Source of the DNA: Bacillota bacterium
GTDB taxonomy: Bacteria; Bacillota; Clostridia; Ch29
NCBI GenBank assembly: GCA_013540605.1
Contig: JABVCK010000029.1
Span: 257,022-321,021 of the forward strand
Length of the DNA: 64,000 nt
Reading direction: 5' to 3'
Under the pieces are notes generated by a model, which searched no databases, was not told the DNA's origin, and was given only the letters and a program-made list of their open reading frames with translations. This document shows positions 9,292 through 19,533 of this stretch, one piece after another (within the stretch, counting starts at the first letter, position 1; every line of letters starts with the position of its first letter). Both the position numbers and the translations under genes were made by a program.

Positions 9292-9984
9292 CTACTGAAT
9301 GCTGCTGATTGCCTCACTTATTGCGGAAACATAGCTTTTCAATCTATCGTTATTACCCGATAAAAACTGTGTCCTTAAACCCTTTGATATTTCTAACTGT
9401 ACTCCTCTTCCGTTCATATTCTTATTCACTATATTATTTGGCGATATACCGGCCAGATTCTTCGGAGTATCTAACACAGTAAAACCGTACTTAGTCAGAG
9501 ATGCTTTTATTCTGTTTCCTAATTCAGTGTCGAGGCCTCCGATATAGGTGAATTCTTCTGAACCGGAACACCCATGGATTGATAATGTCGTTTTAGATTT
9601 TGAAACCATTTCCAATGCAGTTGGTTCATCGAATTTGTCTGAAGTAATATGCAATTCTAAATTACCTTTGCTTTTTATGCCCATATATGAATAATAGTTG
9701 TAATTATTATGGGAAGATAAGGCATAAGCTAATTCAGTAGTACCTTTTTCAATTTTTCCTCCATGAATTGCAATAACTATAACATCAGAATCTGTCACAT
9801 TGGTTTCAATTTTATAGTCAACATTTTTTACTTTATTTGAACTTAATTCTTTGAAATTGTTATAGATGTCACCAGAAACTGCAGCAGTTGGCTGACTAAA
9901 CATCAAAATTGTAAGACAACAAGAAACAATAAGTCGTGTAGAACTTAAAAAACTGTATTCTCTCTTTATAATCATACCTATCAA
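9292..9984 (-). CDS. Secreted poly-gamma-glutamate hydrolase (PghP/DUF867 family)
   Basis: IHGGKIEKGT, LHITSDKFDEP, SIHG and GVQLEIS motifs intact; N-terminal signal-like segment. Confidence 0.9.
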   Translation of the reverse strand: MIGMIIKREYSFLSSTRLIVSCCLTILMFSQPTAAVSGDIYNNFKELSSNKVKNVDYKIETNVTDSDVIVIAIHGGKIEKGTTELAYALSSHNNYNYYSYMGIKSKGNLELHITSDKFDEPTALEMVSKSKTTLSIHGCSGSEEFTYIGGLDTELGNRIKASLTKYGFTVLDTPKNLAGISPNNIVNKNMNGRGVQLEISKGLRTQFLSGNNDRLKSYVSAISEAISSIQ

Positions 9985-10170
9985 CTCACTTTTCTTATGA
10001 ATGCTATATTCTATTATAAAGGATTTTTTTTTGCATTTCAGCAGTTATTGACAATTATCGTGTATTATTTTCAACTATCTCATGTATATTATTTCTGTTT
10101 GCAAAGAAGGAAGATAATAGAAAATAGCGAATGGTAGTATATAGAAGAAAGGCATTATTATTTATGAGGT

Positions 10171-11325
10171 ATGAAGATGGAATTATGGGACTTATACGAT
10201 GAAAATAGATGTTATTTAAACAGAACTCATTCTCGAGAAGCGTTGATGGTCACTGGCGAATATCATATAGTTGTGGAAGTATGGACAGCCAACAGCAGGG
10301 GTGAAATTCTGCTAACCCTTCGGCATCCGAACAAGAAGGATTATCCGAACACATGGGAGAATACCGGAGGTTCCGCTTTGACAGGAGAGAGCAGCAGAGA
10401 AGCCGCAGTTCGAGAGTTAAAGGAGGAGACGGGTATTGCGGCATTGGAATCAGAACTTACATTATTGGGTACTAAAAAGGAAGAAACAGCATTTGTAGAT
10501 ATCTATATAGTTCATAAAGATATTCCTGTTGAAAGTTTGACCATGCAAGAGGGTGAAACTGTTGAGGCACAATGGGTATCATTGAAAAGGCTTGATGAAA
10601 TAATCTCCGAAGGCTTGTTGGCACTGCCAGTGGTTGAACGTCTCAAGCCCATACGTGAAGAATTCGAAAAACATGTTTTAATGAATAAGAGATTTAAAGC
10701 AATATGCTTTGATATGGATGGTACATTAATCAGAAACACGAACTCAGTCGAGTTTTTATGCAGATTAAACAATAGACATCAAGAGGCAAAAGAAATTGAA
10801 GAAAAGGAAGACCTTGGTGAGCTTTCCTGGATAGAAGCAGATCATAGAAAGGCTAAGCTTCTTGAGGGATTGGAAGTAAGCAGGATCAAGGATAATTTTG
10901 ATAAATATATAAAAGTAATACATAACCTGGATATGGTTTTAAGAAAGCTCAGAGATACCGGATTTAAAGTTATACTGGTTACAGCCGGACTTGTTCAGGT
11001 TGCAGAAGAATTCAGCGCTGTACATCCGTTTGATAAAGTCTATGGGAGTAATTACGAAGTAATTGAAGGTAAGTTCACCGGCAGGATCATAAAACACCTG
11101 GGAGATAAGGGAAAGCTAAGCTCTGTAATTGATTTTTGCGAATTTTGCAAGATATCCATTGATGAAGTAATTTCGATAGGGGATAGCGCATCAGATCTAG
11201 AAGTTTTTAAACACAGCGGAAAGTCTATAGCAATTAACTATTCAAAAAAACTGGTCGGAAAAGCTGATGCATATATTGAAACAGAGAACTTAGAAGAAAT
11301 CTTGAAGTTTATAATAACTGACTAA
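10171..11325 (+). CDS. NUDIX hydrolase fused to a HAD-IB (phosphoserine phosphatase-like) domain
   Basis: Nudix box GGSALTGESSREAAVRELKEETG; FDMDGT and IGDSASD HAD motifs. Confidence 0.85.
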   Translation: MKMELWDLYDENRCYLNRTHSREALMVTGEYHIVVEVWTANSRGEILLTLRHPNKKDYPNTWENTGGSALTGESSREAAVRELKEETGIAALESELTLLGTKKEETAFVDIYIVHKDIPVESLTMQEGETVEAQWVSLKRLDEIISEGLLALPVVERLKPIREEFEKHVLMNKRFKAICFDMDGTLIRNTNSVEFLCRLNNRHQEAKEIEEKEDLGELSWIEADHRKAKLLEGLEVSRIKDNFDKYIKVIHNLDMVLRKLRDTGFKVILVTAGLVQVAEEFSAVHPFDKVYGSNYEVIEGKFTGRIIKHLGDKGKLSSVIDFCEFCKISIDEVISIGDSASDLEVFKHSGKSIAINYSKKLVGKADAYIETENLEEILKFIITD

Positions 11326-11468
11326 AATAATGAAACAGATTGTAAAAGAGCACAGGAATTTGCCATGGGAATAAAAAAACATTGATCCAGTAGGTTTTTC
11401 AGAATGAAAACCCGGCAACAAAAACTGGCGGATTAACGTCTAATTTTATATAATAATGAACGACAACT

Positions 11469-12251
11469 TTGAAGAAAGCGAGCATATCCATGGAGAATAT
11501 CAGGCAGGAAATATATATGGCAATTGGAACGTTATGGTCATTTCAGTGTATTTATTTGGGTATCAAGAAACGAAAAGGCAAAAACTTCTACCACGAGCCA
11601 AAACTCATGAACCTTTTACCAACAGGCGGCAGTACACTTCTATTGGTGTACGACTTCATGGAAGCCTGGAAACTGGGTACCGACAGCGTTTCAAATTTTA
11701 ACATTATACTACTTGGAATATTGGTTTTATCGACCGTTTTCGTTGTTTTTAGAAGCTTTTTGGGTGGTAAAAAGTATACGGTCTATAATATTGCCAAAAC
11801 CGACATTGAGGCAATATTGCTGCAGACATTGAAAAAGTATGAACTGGAATGCAAAAAAGAAGAAAAAAATCCCCATTCCATAGTAACCAAGATATTACTA
11901 GAACAATACGATGCTTCTGTAGAAATGACGCAAAGGGGAGGAAGCGGGACCACATTCGATTTGGTATTTGAAAAATTCGACCGGGTATACAATTTTGAAG
12001 ATATAGTTGCGGATATTAAGGAGAGCATTAATGAAAGCACAAAAGTTAGCAGGTTCCGGGGTGTACACGAATTTGCAGCCGCTATTGGAATTGTATTGTT
12101 TTTTGTTTGGATGAGTATTCCTGAGTTTAGGAGAAAAGAGTGCAAAAAACGCTGTGACGCCTTTAGTGGAGGCGTTTCAGCGTTTTTAAAAATGTCCTAT
12201 TTTTTTAAGTTGACGGATAAATCCAGTTTTGTGCTTGCCCGGAATGCGTGA
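11469..12251 (+). CDS. Hypothetical membrane protein; 3' end altered by IS insertion (reads through into the IS)
   Basis: Several hydrophobic segments; codons after 12119 derive from the IS. Confidence 0.7.
   Translation: MKKASISMENIRQEIYMAIGTLWSFQCIYLGIKKRKGKNFYHEPKLMNLLPTGGSTLLLVYDFMEAWKLGTDSVSNFNIILLGILVLSTVFVVFRSFLGGKKYTVYNIAKTDIEAILLQTLKKYELECKKEEKNPHSIVTKILLEQYDASVEMTQRGGSGTTFDLVFEKFDRVYNFEDIVADIKESINESTKVSRFRGVHEFAAAIGIVLFFVWMSIPEFRRKECKKRCDAFSGGVSAFLKMSYFFKLTDKSSFVLARNA
12015..12119 (+). repeat. Left copy of long target-site duplication (105 bp)
   Basis: 12015-12108 is identical to 14159-14252. Confidence 0.92.
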
Positions 12252-14158
12252 GGGTCATATTGCTTTTGAGCAATGGTTGCTTGAGGGTCTCTGCCAAATC
12301 CAGATAAGTTTGTGTGATCCTTGTTGGTGTCACAATGTTGTTTGGAAAATCGCCCTGCACCAGAACCAGGGGTTCCCTTATCGCTTCCATAATCCGGGCC
12401 GCCGAGACACTGATATTCTTCTGCGTTTCCAGGATGTATTGAGCATATCGCAACATACACAGACTGATGAAGCATATTGCAAAATGACCGTGAATGTGGT
12501 CGTCGGTCCATACAAAGACCGGGCGAGCTCGTAAATCGGTCTTTAGAACCCGGAAACTTTCCTCAATCTTCCATAGCCCTCTGTAGATAGTGCTGACCTG
12601 CTCTGTACCCAGAGCAAGATGATTCGTGATGACTGCGTAGTAGCCGTCATACCGGGCAGCAGCCTGGATTTTCTCTTCATCAATAGTCCAGTTTTCGGAG
12701 TCCAGATCCATCTGCAAATACTGATTGCAGCCCCGCCTGATTGCGGCTTTCAGCTGATATGGTTTATCCAACCGCTTCTTCAGCCGCTCAATCATGCGTT
12801 CCCGGTCAGACCGGTCCTTGGCTGCCCGCTTTGCAGACCAGGTCAGATGGATGTTCACCGGAATCTCTTCGGTCCTGTACTTTCTGGGTCGCCCTCTCTT
12901 TTTGTTTTCCTTGTTTTCTTCCGGCGCAACCGGGACTTTGATCTCAATATTCTGCCGAACAATCTTCGACCGAAACGTCACTTCCCCGGTCTCCGGATCC
13001 ACCACATCCTGCCAGTCTTCTTCCTGCCAGACCAGTTCCTTAAAGGCTTCTGGAGACCGTTTAAGCGTGTAACTGATTACAAAGTCATAACCTTCTCCAA
13101 TGAGGTATTCCAGATTGCTTCCGCTGTTGAGACCCCTGTCGGCCACCACGGTAATCCTGTCCAAGCGATACAGGTTCCTGAGATTTTCAACAGACTTTCT
13201 TAGCGTGCTCTGGTCCACCGTGTTTCCAGGAAACAGTTCATAGGTAATGGGAATGCCATTATTATCTAGCAACAGGCCCATGACCACCTGCACCTCGTTA
13301 TTTTTGTGATCCTTTGAAAAGCCGAACATTCTCAGTTCCCCCCAACGGGTACTCTCAAATGCATACGTTGTGACGTCATAGTAGGCTTCCGTGCTGTGGC
13401 GGTCGGTCTTCTTTTCGAAGAAGGTGCACAGATGTCCAATCAGAGCCTCTTTTTGATCCGCCAGGACATCCAGTACATCATAAAAAAGATCCAGACCCAA
13501 AGGTTGAATGCCGGCATAGCGGTGCTGTTCGGATGCACCGGCATGGATGCTTGTGGGACTGGCACAGCGGTGGGCGGCCAGGTAATAAAGGGCCTGGGCC
13601 ACGGCTTGGGCATTACGTTTGCCGCAGTTTTGAATGAAAAACTCATCCAGTGCCATGTGGTTCCACAGTTGTTTCACCAGGGCATGGCCGAAAGCATAAG
13701 AGGGGACAACGTCCTCAGGTAGGGTGATGTCCGCCACCGGAACCTGAAGTGACAGGGGTGCCCTGGATAGTTTTTGTTCCTTCGTGATCCGGGCGGCCTC
13801 TTTTTTTAGTTTCGCTATGATATCCGGGTCTTCGGTCAGCATCCGCTCGTAATTGCCCAGGGTTTTGACGACCCGGGTTTTCTTTTTCTTGGTGCCCGGG
13901 ATGCGGGATCTTCCCGGAACTGGATGACCCGGGCTTTTCCTGAGCCTGTGATGGCAACGTACATAAAACCCTCCTGCGTATTTGTCTATTTGAACTCATT
14001 GTATCATTTCGAGCACCAAAAATCAACAATATAACAGGAAATAACAGGACAAAATATTGAGATAAATTTTGCATCAAAAAAACCCGGGAAACCTGATAGA
14101 TTCAGCATTCTCGGGTGGTACTATTCGTTGTTATTGGCGATTATCTCCTAAAGTCAGG
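12120..14158 (-). mobile_element. IS1634-family insertion sequence (2039 bp)
   Basis: Terminal IRs CCTGAGTTTAGGAGA (12120) and TCTCCTAAAGTCAGG (ends 14158); DDE transposase inside; long flanking direct repeat. Confidence 0.92.
12197..13964 (-). pseudogene. IS1634-family transposase with two 1-nt frameshifts (~13907 and ~12246)
   Basis: YYDVTT, FGFSKDHK, FPGNT, VVADRG, WKIEESFRVLK; AGGAGG-led ATG at 13964 (MYVAITGSGKARVIQFRED) is out of frame with the main ORF. Confidence 0.85.
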
Positions 14159-14256
14159 ATTAAGGAGAGCATTAATGAAAGCACAAAAGTTAGCAGGTTC
14201 CGGGGTGTACACGAATTTGCAGCCGCTATTGGAATTGTATTGTTTTTTGTTTTATT
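14159..14256 (+). repeat. Right copy of target-site duplication (lacks 7 bp, GGATGAG)
   Basis: Direct comparison with 12015-12119. Confidence 0.9.
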
Positions 14257-14331
14257 TACTCCAACGACGTTTAGTTAAGAAAGAAGCTCAAAATTAGGCC
14301 ATGTTTATTCTTATACTTCTTTATTAAGCGA

Positions 14332-14362
14332 AAGACGCCTGAGAAATTATCTTGGGCGTTTT
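14332..14362 (+). terminator. Intrinsic terminator
   Basis: AAGACGCCTGAGA / TCTTGGGCGTTTTT. Confidence 0.6.
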
Positions 14363-14594
14363 TAAGTTATAAGTATTTTTCAGGAGTTGTTTGTTTTAGT
14401 AACAAATTATCTAAATTGCGCCCATGCTAACGATGGCGCGTTTGGATATTTGCACGGGGAATTATATGTGGTAGAATAAGGTAGAAGTTTACTTCTAAGG
14501 TTCAGGGACGCCGTTAGCCCGCCGCCCGCTATACGAATGGGGCTCAATCTAAGCGAAATCTTGGGGGATTTATTTGAAGGGGAGGATATAAGTA

Positions 14595-14693
14595 ATGAAC
14601 CTTCTAATTGCCGGCTGGGTTTTTATACTAGGGCTTATGGTATATGTTACAGTGCTGGATATAGGTAAGCTAATTAAGATAAGGGCTATCTGA
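14595..14693 (+). CDS. 32-aa hydrophobic peptide MNLLIAGWVFILGLMVYVTVLDIGKLIKIRAI
   Basis: Strong GGGGAGG RBS; single TM-like segment plus basic tail. Confidence 0.55.
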   Translation: MNLLIAGWVFILGLMVYVTVLDIGKLIKIRAI

Positions 14694-14706
14694 TGTATAA
14701 TAAAAA

Positions 14707-15429
14707 ATGAATCTGCTATATGCAGCGGCAGAGAGGATGAGAAAAATGCTGCCTGATACAATTAAACTGATTTTATTCGACATGGCAGGTACGACAGTAG
14801 ATGACCGATGCGCCGGTTCATCTTTTGTTGTCAGCGCATTCATCAAGTCATTCAACAAACATGGATTTGAAGTGAGCCTGGAGACTGTTAATAAATATAG
14901 AGGAATGCAAAAGCGTCAGGCAATACATGACATTATTAGCAGTATTGATCAGGATCGAAGTTCCGGGGAAATAATAGACGGCATTTATAAAGAGCTTTTA
15001 TCAGAACTAAAGGTTCATATTCCCAAAATGAAGGAAATTGAAGGCACCAGTGAGATATTTCACTTCCTGCAAAGTAGAATGATTAAAGTAGGTGTGGGAA
15101 GCGGTTTCCCAAGGGAAATTATTGACATGATAGTATCACAGTTGGGCTGGAAGGCTAAAGGCCTGGTTGACTATATCCAAAGCGCAGACTCTATTGGGGC
15201 AAGCCGGCCAGACCCCAAAATGATATACCACATGATGAATGAATTTGGCATATGCAATCCCCATGAAGTAGTAAAAGTGGGGGATACGGTGGTGGATATT
15301 CTTGAAGGCAAAAATGCCGGTGTCTGGACGGTGGCAGTATTAACCGGTTCACAGTCTAAAGAGCAATTAGAATCTGTGGGACCGGATTATATGCTTAATA
15401 GTGTCAAAGATCTGCCTACATTATTTTAA
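14707..15429 (+). CDS. HAD hydrolase, phosphonatase-like (start may be 14737 or 14746)
   Basis: FDMAGTTVD, SRPDP, KVGDTVVDILEGKNAG. Confidence 0.85.
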   Translation: MNLLYAAAERMRKMLPDTIKLILFDMAGTTVDDRCAGSSFVVSAFIKSFNKHGFEVSLETVNKYRGMQKRQAIHDIISSIDQDRSSGEIIDGIYKELLSELKVHIPKMKEIEGTSEIFHFLQSRMIKVGVGSGFPREIIDMIVSQLGWKAKGLVDYIQSADSIGASRPDPKMIYHMMNEFGICNPHEVVKVGDTVVDILEGKNAGVWTVAVLTGSQSKEQLESVGPDYMLNSVKDLPTLF

Positions 15430-15466
15430 TCCTATTTTTCAACAAAATAAAGAAAGGAGAGAGAAT

Positions 15467-16114
15467 ATGGTTAAACAGCAAAACATAAAAAATAGGGGGA
15501 TACTTTTCACCTATGACAGTTTTCCAGAGTGCGGCTTAAACATCTATCTTATAAAAGGGAAAAGATTCAACTACATTATTGATACCGGATTAGGCCCATT
15601 AAGCCTTGAGCCGGTAAAAGAACACATAAAAAACGATGGCAAACAGGTTATAGTAATCAATACCCATTACCATTGGGATCATATCTGGGGCAATAATGAA
15701 TATAAAAATTCAGTGATTGTATCCCACGTACTGTGCAGGGAAATCATCGAGGAAAAGTGGAATGAGATGATGGGCAAGTATAATGATTATTGTTATGGAC
15801 CGGTAGCAAAATGCCTGCCGAATTTAGTTTTTGAATCAGAGATTTACTTTCCGGAAGACAAAATCAGGCTATTCCATACGCCCGGACATACGATAGATTC
15901 CATCAGCATTCTCGATGAAGAAGAAAAAGTAATTGTAGTTGGGGATAATGTTGGTGACACAATAGAAGAACTTATTCCAAGCATTTATTCTAAAAAGGAT
16001 GATTACATAAATACATTGAAAAGATATGAAGAATTGGACTTCGATACTTGTATATCAGGGCATAACGTAGTCTTAGGGAAAGAAGCGATAGGAGAAATTC
16101 TGAAGATGCTGTAA
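15467..16114 (+). CDS. MBL-fold metallo-hydrolase
   Basis: THYHWDH, TPGHT, VGD and SGH motifs. Confidence 0.9.
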   Translation: MVKQQNIKNRGILFTYDSFPECGLNIYLIKGKRFNYIIDTGLGPLSLEPVKEHIKNDGKQVIVINTHYHWDHIWGNNEYKNSVIVSHVLCREIIEEKWNEMMGKYNDYCYGPVAKCLPNLVFESEIYFPEDKIRLFHTPGHTIDSISILDEEEKVIVVGDNVGDTIEELIPSIYSKKDDYINTLKRYEELDFDTCISGHNVVLGKEAIGEILKML

Positions 16115-16224
16115 TCGGGTCTGTGTCAGACCTAAGGACAAAATGTAAAATACCAGGAATTTTTAACATGAGCCTTGACAGAAGCATCTGGAGATAATAA
16201 TATTGAATAAAGATTATAAGTAAT

Positions 16225-16495
16225 AATGAAAAGGCTTTGACGAGGAGGAGTATATATCTCCCTGAAGCGCAGAGAGGGGATGAGGGTGGAAATTCCCCGT
16301 GAAGGGTATATAGAAGGTAGCCTCCGAGCCGTGAACCGAAATCTTGTGAGAGTAGACTTCAACGGATTTCCACCGTTACAGGGGAGGTAGTATCGGCATG
16401 TATGCCCGTACTATGTCTGAGTGTGTACATTTGTACGAACCTAGGTGGTACCGCGGAGATTCAAACCTTCGTCCTATACAGGGCGAGGGTTTTTT
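16225..16495 (+). promoter_or_regulatory. Valine T-box riboswitch
   Basis: AGAGA and GGTGGAA stem-I motifs, specifier GTA (16317-16319), T-box AGGTGGTACCGCG (16443), terminator 16463-16495, upstream of valS. Confidence 0.9.
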
Positions 16496-16537
16496 ATTGC
16501 GAAGGCCAATATACATAACACAGGGGAGGTATTTTAT

Positions 16538-18955
16538 ATGCTGGAAAAGAAGTATGAATTCAAGGAAATAGAGCCTAAGCTGCAAAAATTCTGGGAAGGG
16601 GAAGGGATATACCATTATGAGCCGGATAGTTCAAAGGGCGTATATTCTATAGATACACCGCCGCCTACGGTAAGCGGGAACCTGCATATAGGCCACATTT
16701 TCTCCTATACCCAGGCTGAAATGATTGCAAGGTTTCACAGAATGCAGGGACAAAACGTGTTTTATCCCTTTGGATTTGACGATAACGGTCTGCCCACAGA
16801 GAGGCTTGTAGAAAAGGAAGAGGGCATAATAGCTCAAGACATGCCAAGGAGTGAGTTTATTAAGAAATGTATGAGTACCACACAAAAATACGAAGCGGAA
16901 TTTAAAGAATTATGGCAATCCCTTGGTTTTAGTATTGATTGGAGTCTTCAATATGAGACTATCAGTCCCCTGGCTCAGAGAATATCTCAAAGGTCATTTT
17001 TGGACCTCGCCAGGAAAGGGAAAGCATATCTGAAGGAAACGCCCGTGTTATGGTGTACCAGCTGCCAGACCTCGATTGCCCAGGCAGAATTGGACTCTTT
17101 AGAGAAAGAAGCTGCTTTTAACTGGATACCGTTTCAGGTTGAAGATGAAGAACTCATAGTTGCAACCACAAGGCCCGAGCTGCTTTGCGGATGCGTTGCT
17201 CTACTCATCCATCCTGAAGATGAACGCTATGTTAAGTATATTGGAAAGGAAGCAATAGTACCGCTGTATGATTTCCCGATACCGATTTTGGGAGATAAAA
17301 AGGTCAGTAAGGAAAAGGGTACCGGTATAGTAATGTGCGCAACCTTTGGCGATACTACGGATTTGGAATGGTATAATGTTTACAGGCTTCCGTACAAGAA
17401 AATCATAAATCCCGATGGAACTATAAGTGATGATGTACCTTTTATTCACGGCCTGAATGTTGGAGAGGCAAGGGAGAAAATAATCAACAAGCTAAGGGAA
17501 GAAGGCCTTTTGAAAAGGAGTGAAAAGATACTCCATACCGTTGCTGTCCATGAAAGATGCGGCAAAGATATTGAAATAATCACTTCAAAGCAGTGGTTTA
17601 TTGATATCCTGAACGATAAGGACAAATTCCTTGATGCTGCTGATAAAATCAACTGGTATCCATCTTCTATGAAGACAAGATATGAAATATGGGTACAGAA
17701 TCTCAAGTGGGACTGGTGCATATCACGGCAAAGATATTTTGGAGTTCCGTTCCCTCTGTGGTACTGCAAGGATTGTGGCTCCATTATATTTGCCAGGGAG
17801 GAGGACCTGCCCGTAAACCCGTTGGAATCTTCGCCAAAAGAGCCGTGCTCCTGCGGGAGCAATAGTTTTATCCCTGAAGATGCGGTCATGGATACATGGG
17901 CAACATCATCATTAACGCCTATGATCAACTCAAAATGGGGAGAAAAGGGAGACGCGAGCCAGAAGCTTTTACCTATGAACATGCGTACACAAGCGCATGA
18001 GATCATTCGTACCTGGGCATTTTACACAATTGTAAAGAGTATATATCATACAGGGCAAATCCCCTGGAAGGATATTATGATTTGCGGCTTTGTAATGGCA
18101 AAGCAGGGAGAAAAAATAAGCAAGTCCAAAAATAATGCCTCATTATCTCCCAAAGCTTTAATCGACAAGTATTCCGCCGACGGTATCAGGTATTGGGCAG
18201 CTAATTCAAAACTTGGAACTGATACAATGTTTTCAGAGGACGAACTACAGACATCAAACAGGTTTTTGACAAAGCTATGGAACGCCGCCAGGTTCAGCGT
18301 GATGCATCTGGGAGATTATCAGAAGCAAAAGGATGTAAAGCTGATGCCGATTGACAGGTGGATTGTGGAAAAATATAAAGATGCGGAAGCAAAAGCAGCG
18401 GCATACCTGGAACAGTATGAGGTCGGTGCTGCACGGTATGAGATTGATGAATTCTTCTGGAAGGATTACTGCGACAACTATCTTGAGATCGTCAAAGAAC
18501 GGCTTTATAAACCTGAAATCCATGGGTATGAGAACAGGCTGTCCGCCCAGTTTGCTCTTTACACCAGTTTCCTTGGCATACTTAAGACGTACGCCATATA
18601 TGTTCCTCATATAGTTGAAGAAATCTATCAGGCATATTTCAGGGAATATGAGGAAACCGCATCCATCCACAAAACCATCTGGAGCAGGGCTGACGAAGCT
18701 GATGAAGATATCCTCCGGTTTGGGGAAACGGTCAAACAGATTTTATTGGAAATAAGAAGATACAAATCAGAGAGAAATCTATCTCTAAAGACCGAGGTGG
18801 ATACTATTCGGATATTCTGCCCGCAGAGCTTTATACCTTTGCTGGAGGAAACAAGGAAGGACCTGCATGCCTGTACCGGGGCCAAAACAATCGAGTTCAG
18901 GGAAGGAGAAGGGCTGGCGGTTATTATTGGCAAGGGAGGATTTTGCTGTTATTGA
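16538..18955 (+). CDS. valS: Valine--tRNA ligase, short archaeal-like (type 2) form
   Basis: DTPPPTVSGNLHIGH, DWCISRQR, KISKSK; no long C-terminal coiled coil. Confidence 0.95.
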   Translation: MLEKKYEFKEIEPKLQKFWEGEGIYHYEPDSSKGVYSIDTPPPTVSGNLHIGHIFSYTQAEMIARFHRMQGQNVFYPFGFDDNGLPTERLVEKEEGIIAQDMPRSEFIKKCMSTTQKYEAEFKELWQSLGFSIDWSLQYETISPLAQRISQRSFLDLARKGKAYLKETPVLWCTSCQTSIAQAELDSLEKEAAFNWIPFQVEDEELIVATTRPELLCGCVALLIHPEDERYVKYIGKEAIVPLYDFPIPILGDKKVSKEKGTGIVMCATFGDTTDLEWYNVYRLPYKKIINPDGTISDDVPFIHGLNVGEAREKIINKLREEGLLKRSEKILHTVAVHERCGKDIEIITSKQWFIDILNDKDKFLDAADKINWYPSSMKTRYEIWVQNLKWDWCISRQRYFGVPFPLWYCKDCGSIIFAREEDLPVNPLESSPKEPCSCGSNSFIPEDAVMDTWATSSLTPMINSKWGEKGDASQKLLPMNMRTQAHEIIRTWAFYTIVKSIYHTGQIPWKDIMICGFVMAKQGEKISKSKNNASLSPKALIDKYSADGIRYWAANSKLGTDTMFSEDELQTSNRFLTKLWNAARFSVMHLGDYQKQKDVKLMPIDRWIVEKYKDAEAKAAAYLEQYEVGAARYEIDEFFWKDYCDNYLEIVKERLYKPEIHGYENRLSAQFALYTSFLGILKTYAIYVPHIVEEIYQAYFREYEETASIHKTIWSRADEADEDILRFGETVKQILLEIRRYKSERNLSLKTEVDTIRIFCPQSFIPLLEETRKDLHACTGAKTIEFREGEGLAVIIGKGGFCCY

Positions 18956-19025
18956 ATAATTCTGTAGTATTTCGCAGCCTGTGATAATACAATATAATGA
19001 AAAATTATATTGGAGTGTGTTATTG

Positions 19026-19301
19026 ATGAGCGGTAGAATTTCAGATTTGTTGGAAACTATATATGCTGAACTGCAAGAGATAAAAGAAATTATAAAAGAA
19101 AATAGTGATGATATAAGTAAATTACGAGCCAAAATTGATAACGGTATTCCCAAAAATGTTGATACGTTATTTGAAACCAGGGAAATAACAAATAACAGAC
19201 TGGAACAGATAGAGAATAAAATTGATAAACTTTCAATGAAGGTAGAAAGACACGCGGTAAAAATACAGGTTAGCGGAAAAGGGAAAAAGAAAACTTTCTA
19301 G
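19026..19301 (+). CDS. Hypothetical coiled-coil protein
   Basis: Heptad-like pattern; start uncertain (18981 or 19026). Confidence 0.6.
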   Translation: MSGRISDLLETIYAELQEIKEIIKENSDDISKLRAKIDNGIPKNVDTLFETREITNNRLEQIENKIDKLSMKVERHAVKIQVSGKGKKKTF

Positions 19302-19361
19302 CAAATTTCTATTTGGTACATAGGACTAATTTGGGGTATGTTTGAACTTTTCGTAAAAACC

Positions 19362-19388
19362 AAAAAGACCTCGGCTTGAGGTCTTTTT
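19362..19388 (+). terminator. Intrinsic terminator
   Basis: AAAAAGACCTC-GGCTT-GAGGTCTTTTT. Confidence 0.75.
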
Positions 19389-19533
19389 GTCATTTTAAGA
19401 ATATTTGCGATAATATGCAGGTTTTTTCCATTTTTAGTCATATTATTATATAAAATAGGATTTATAGCCTATTGCTGATTGATCCAATTTGTCGGAAGAA
19501 AGGGAATGGGAGAAAAAAGGAGGTTAAGCAAAA

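Noticed and set aside
14069..14297. Short ORFs repeating the C-terminus of the 11469 protein
   Set aside because: Artefacts of the IS end and the target-site duplication.
16445..16537. N-terminal extension of valS, and similar extensions at 5477, 20826, 27666, 39532 and 60312
   Set aside because: Better RBS-supported starts lie downstream; the valS extension overlaps the T-box terminator.
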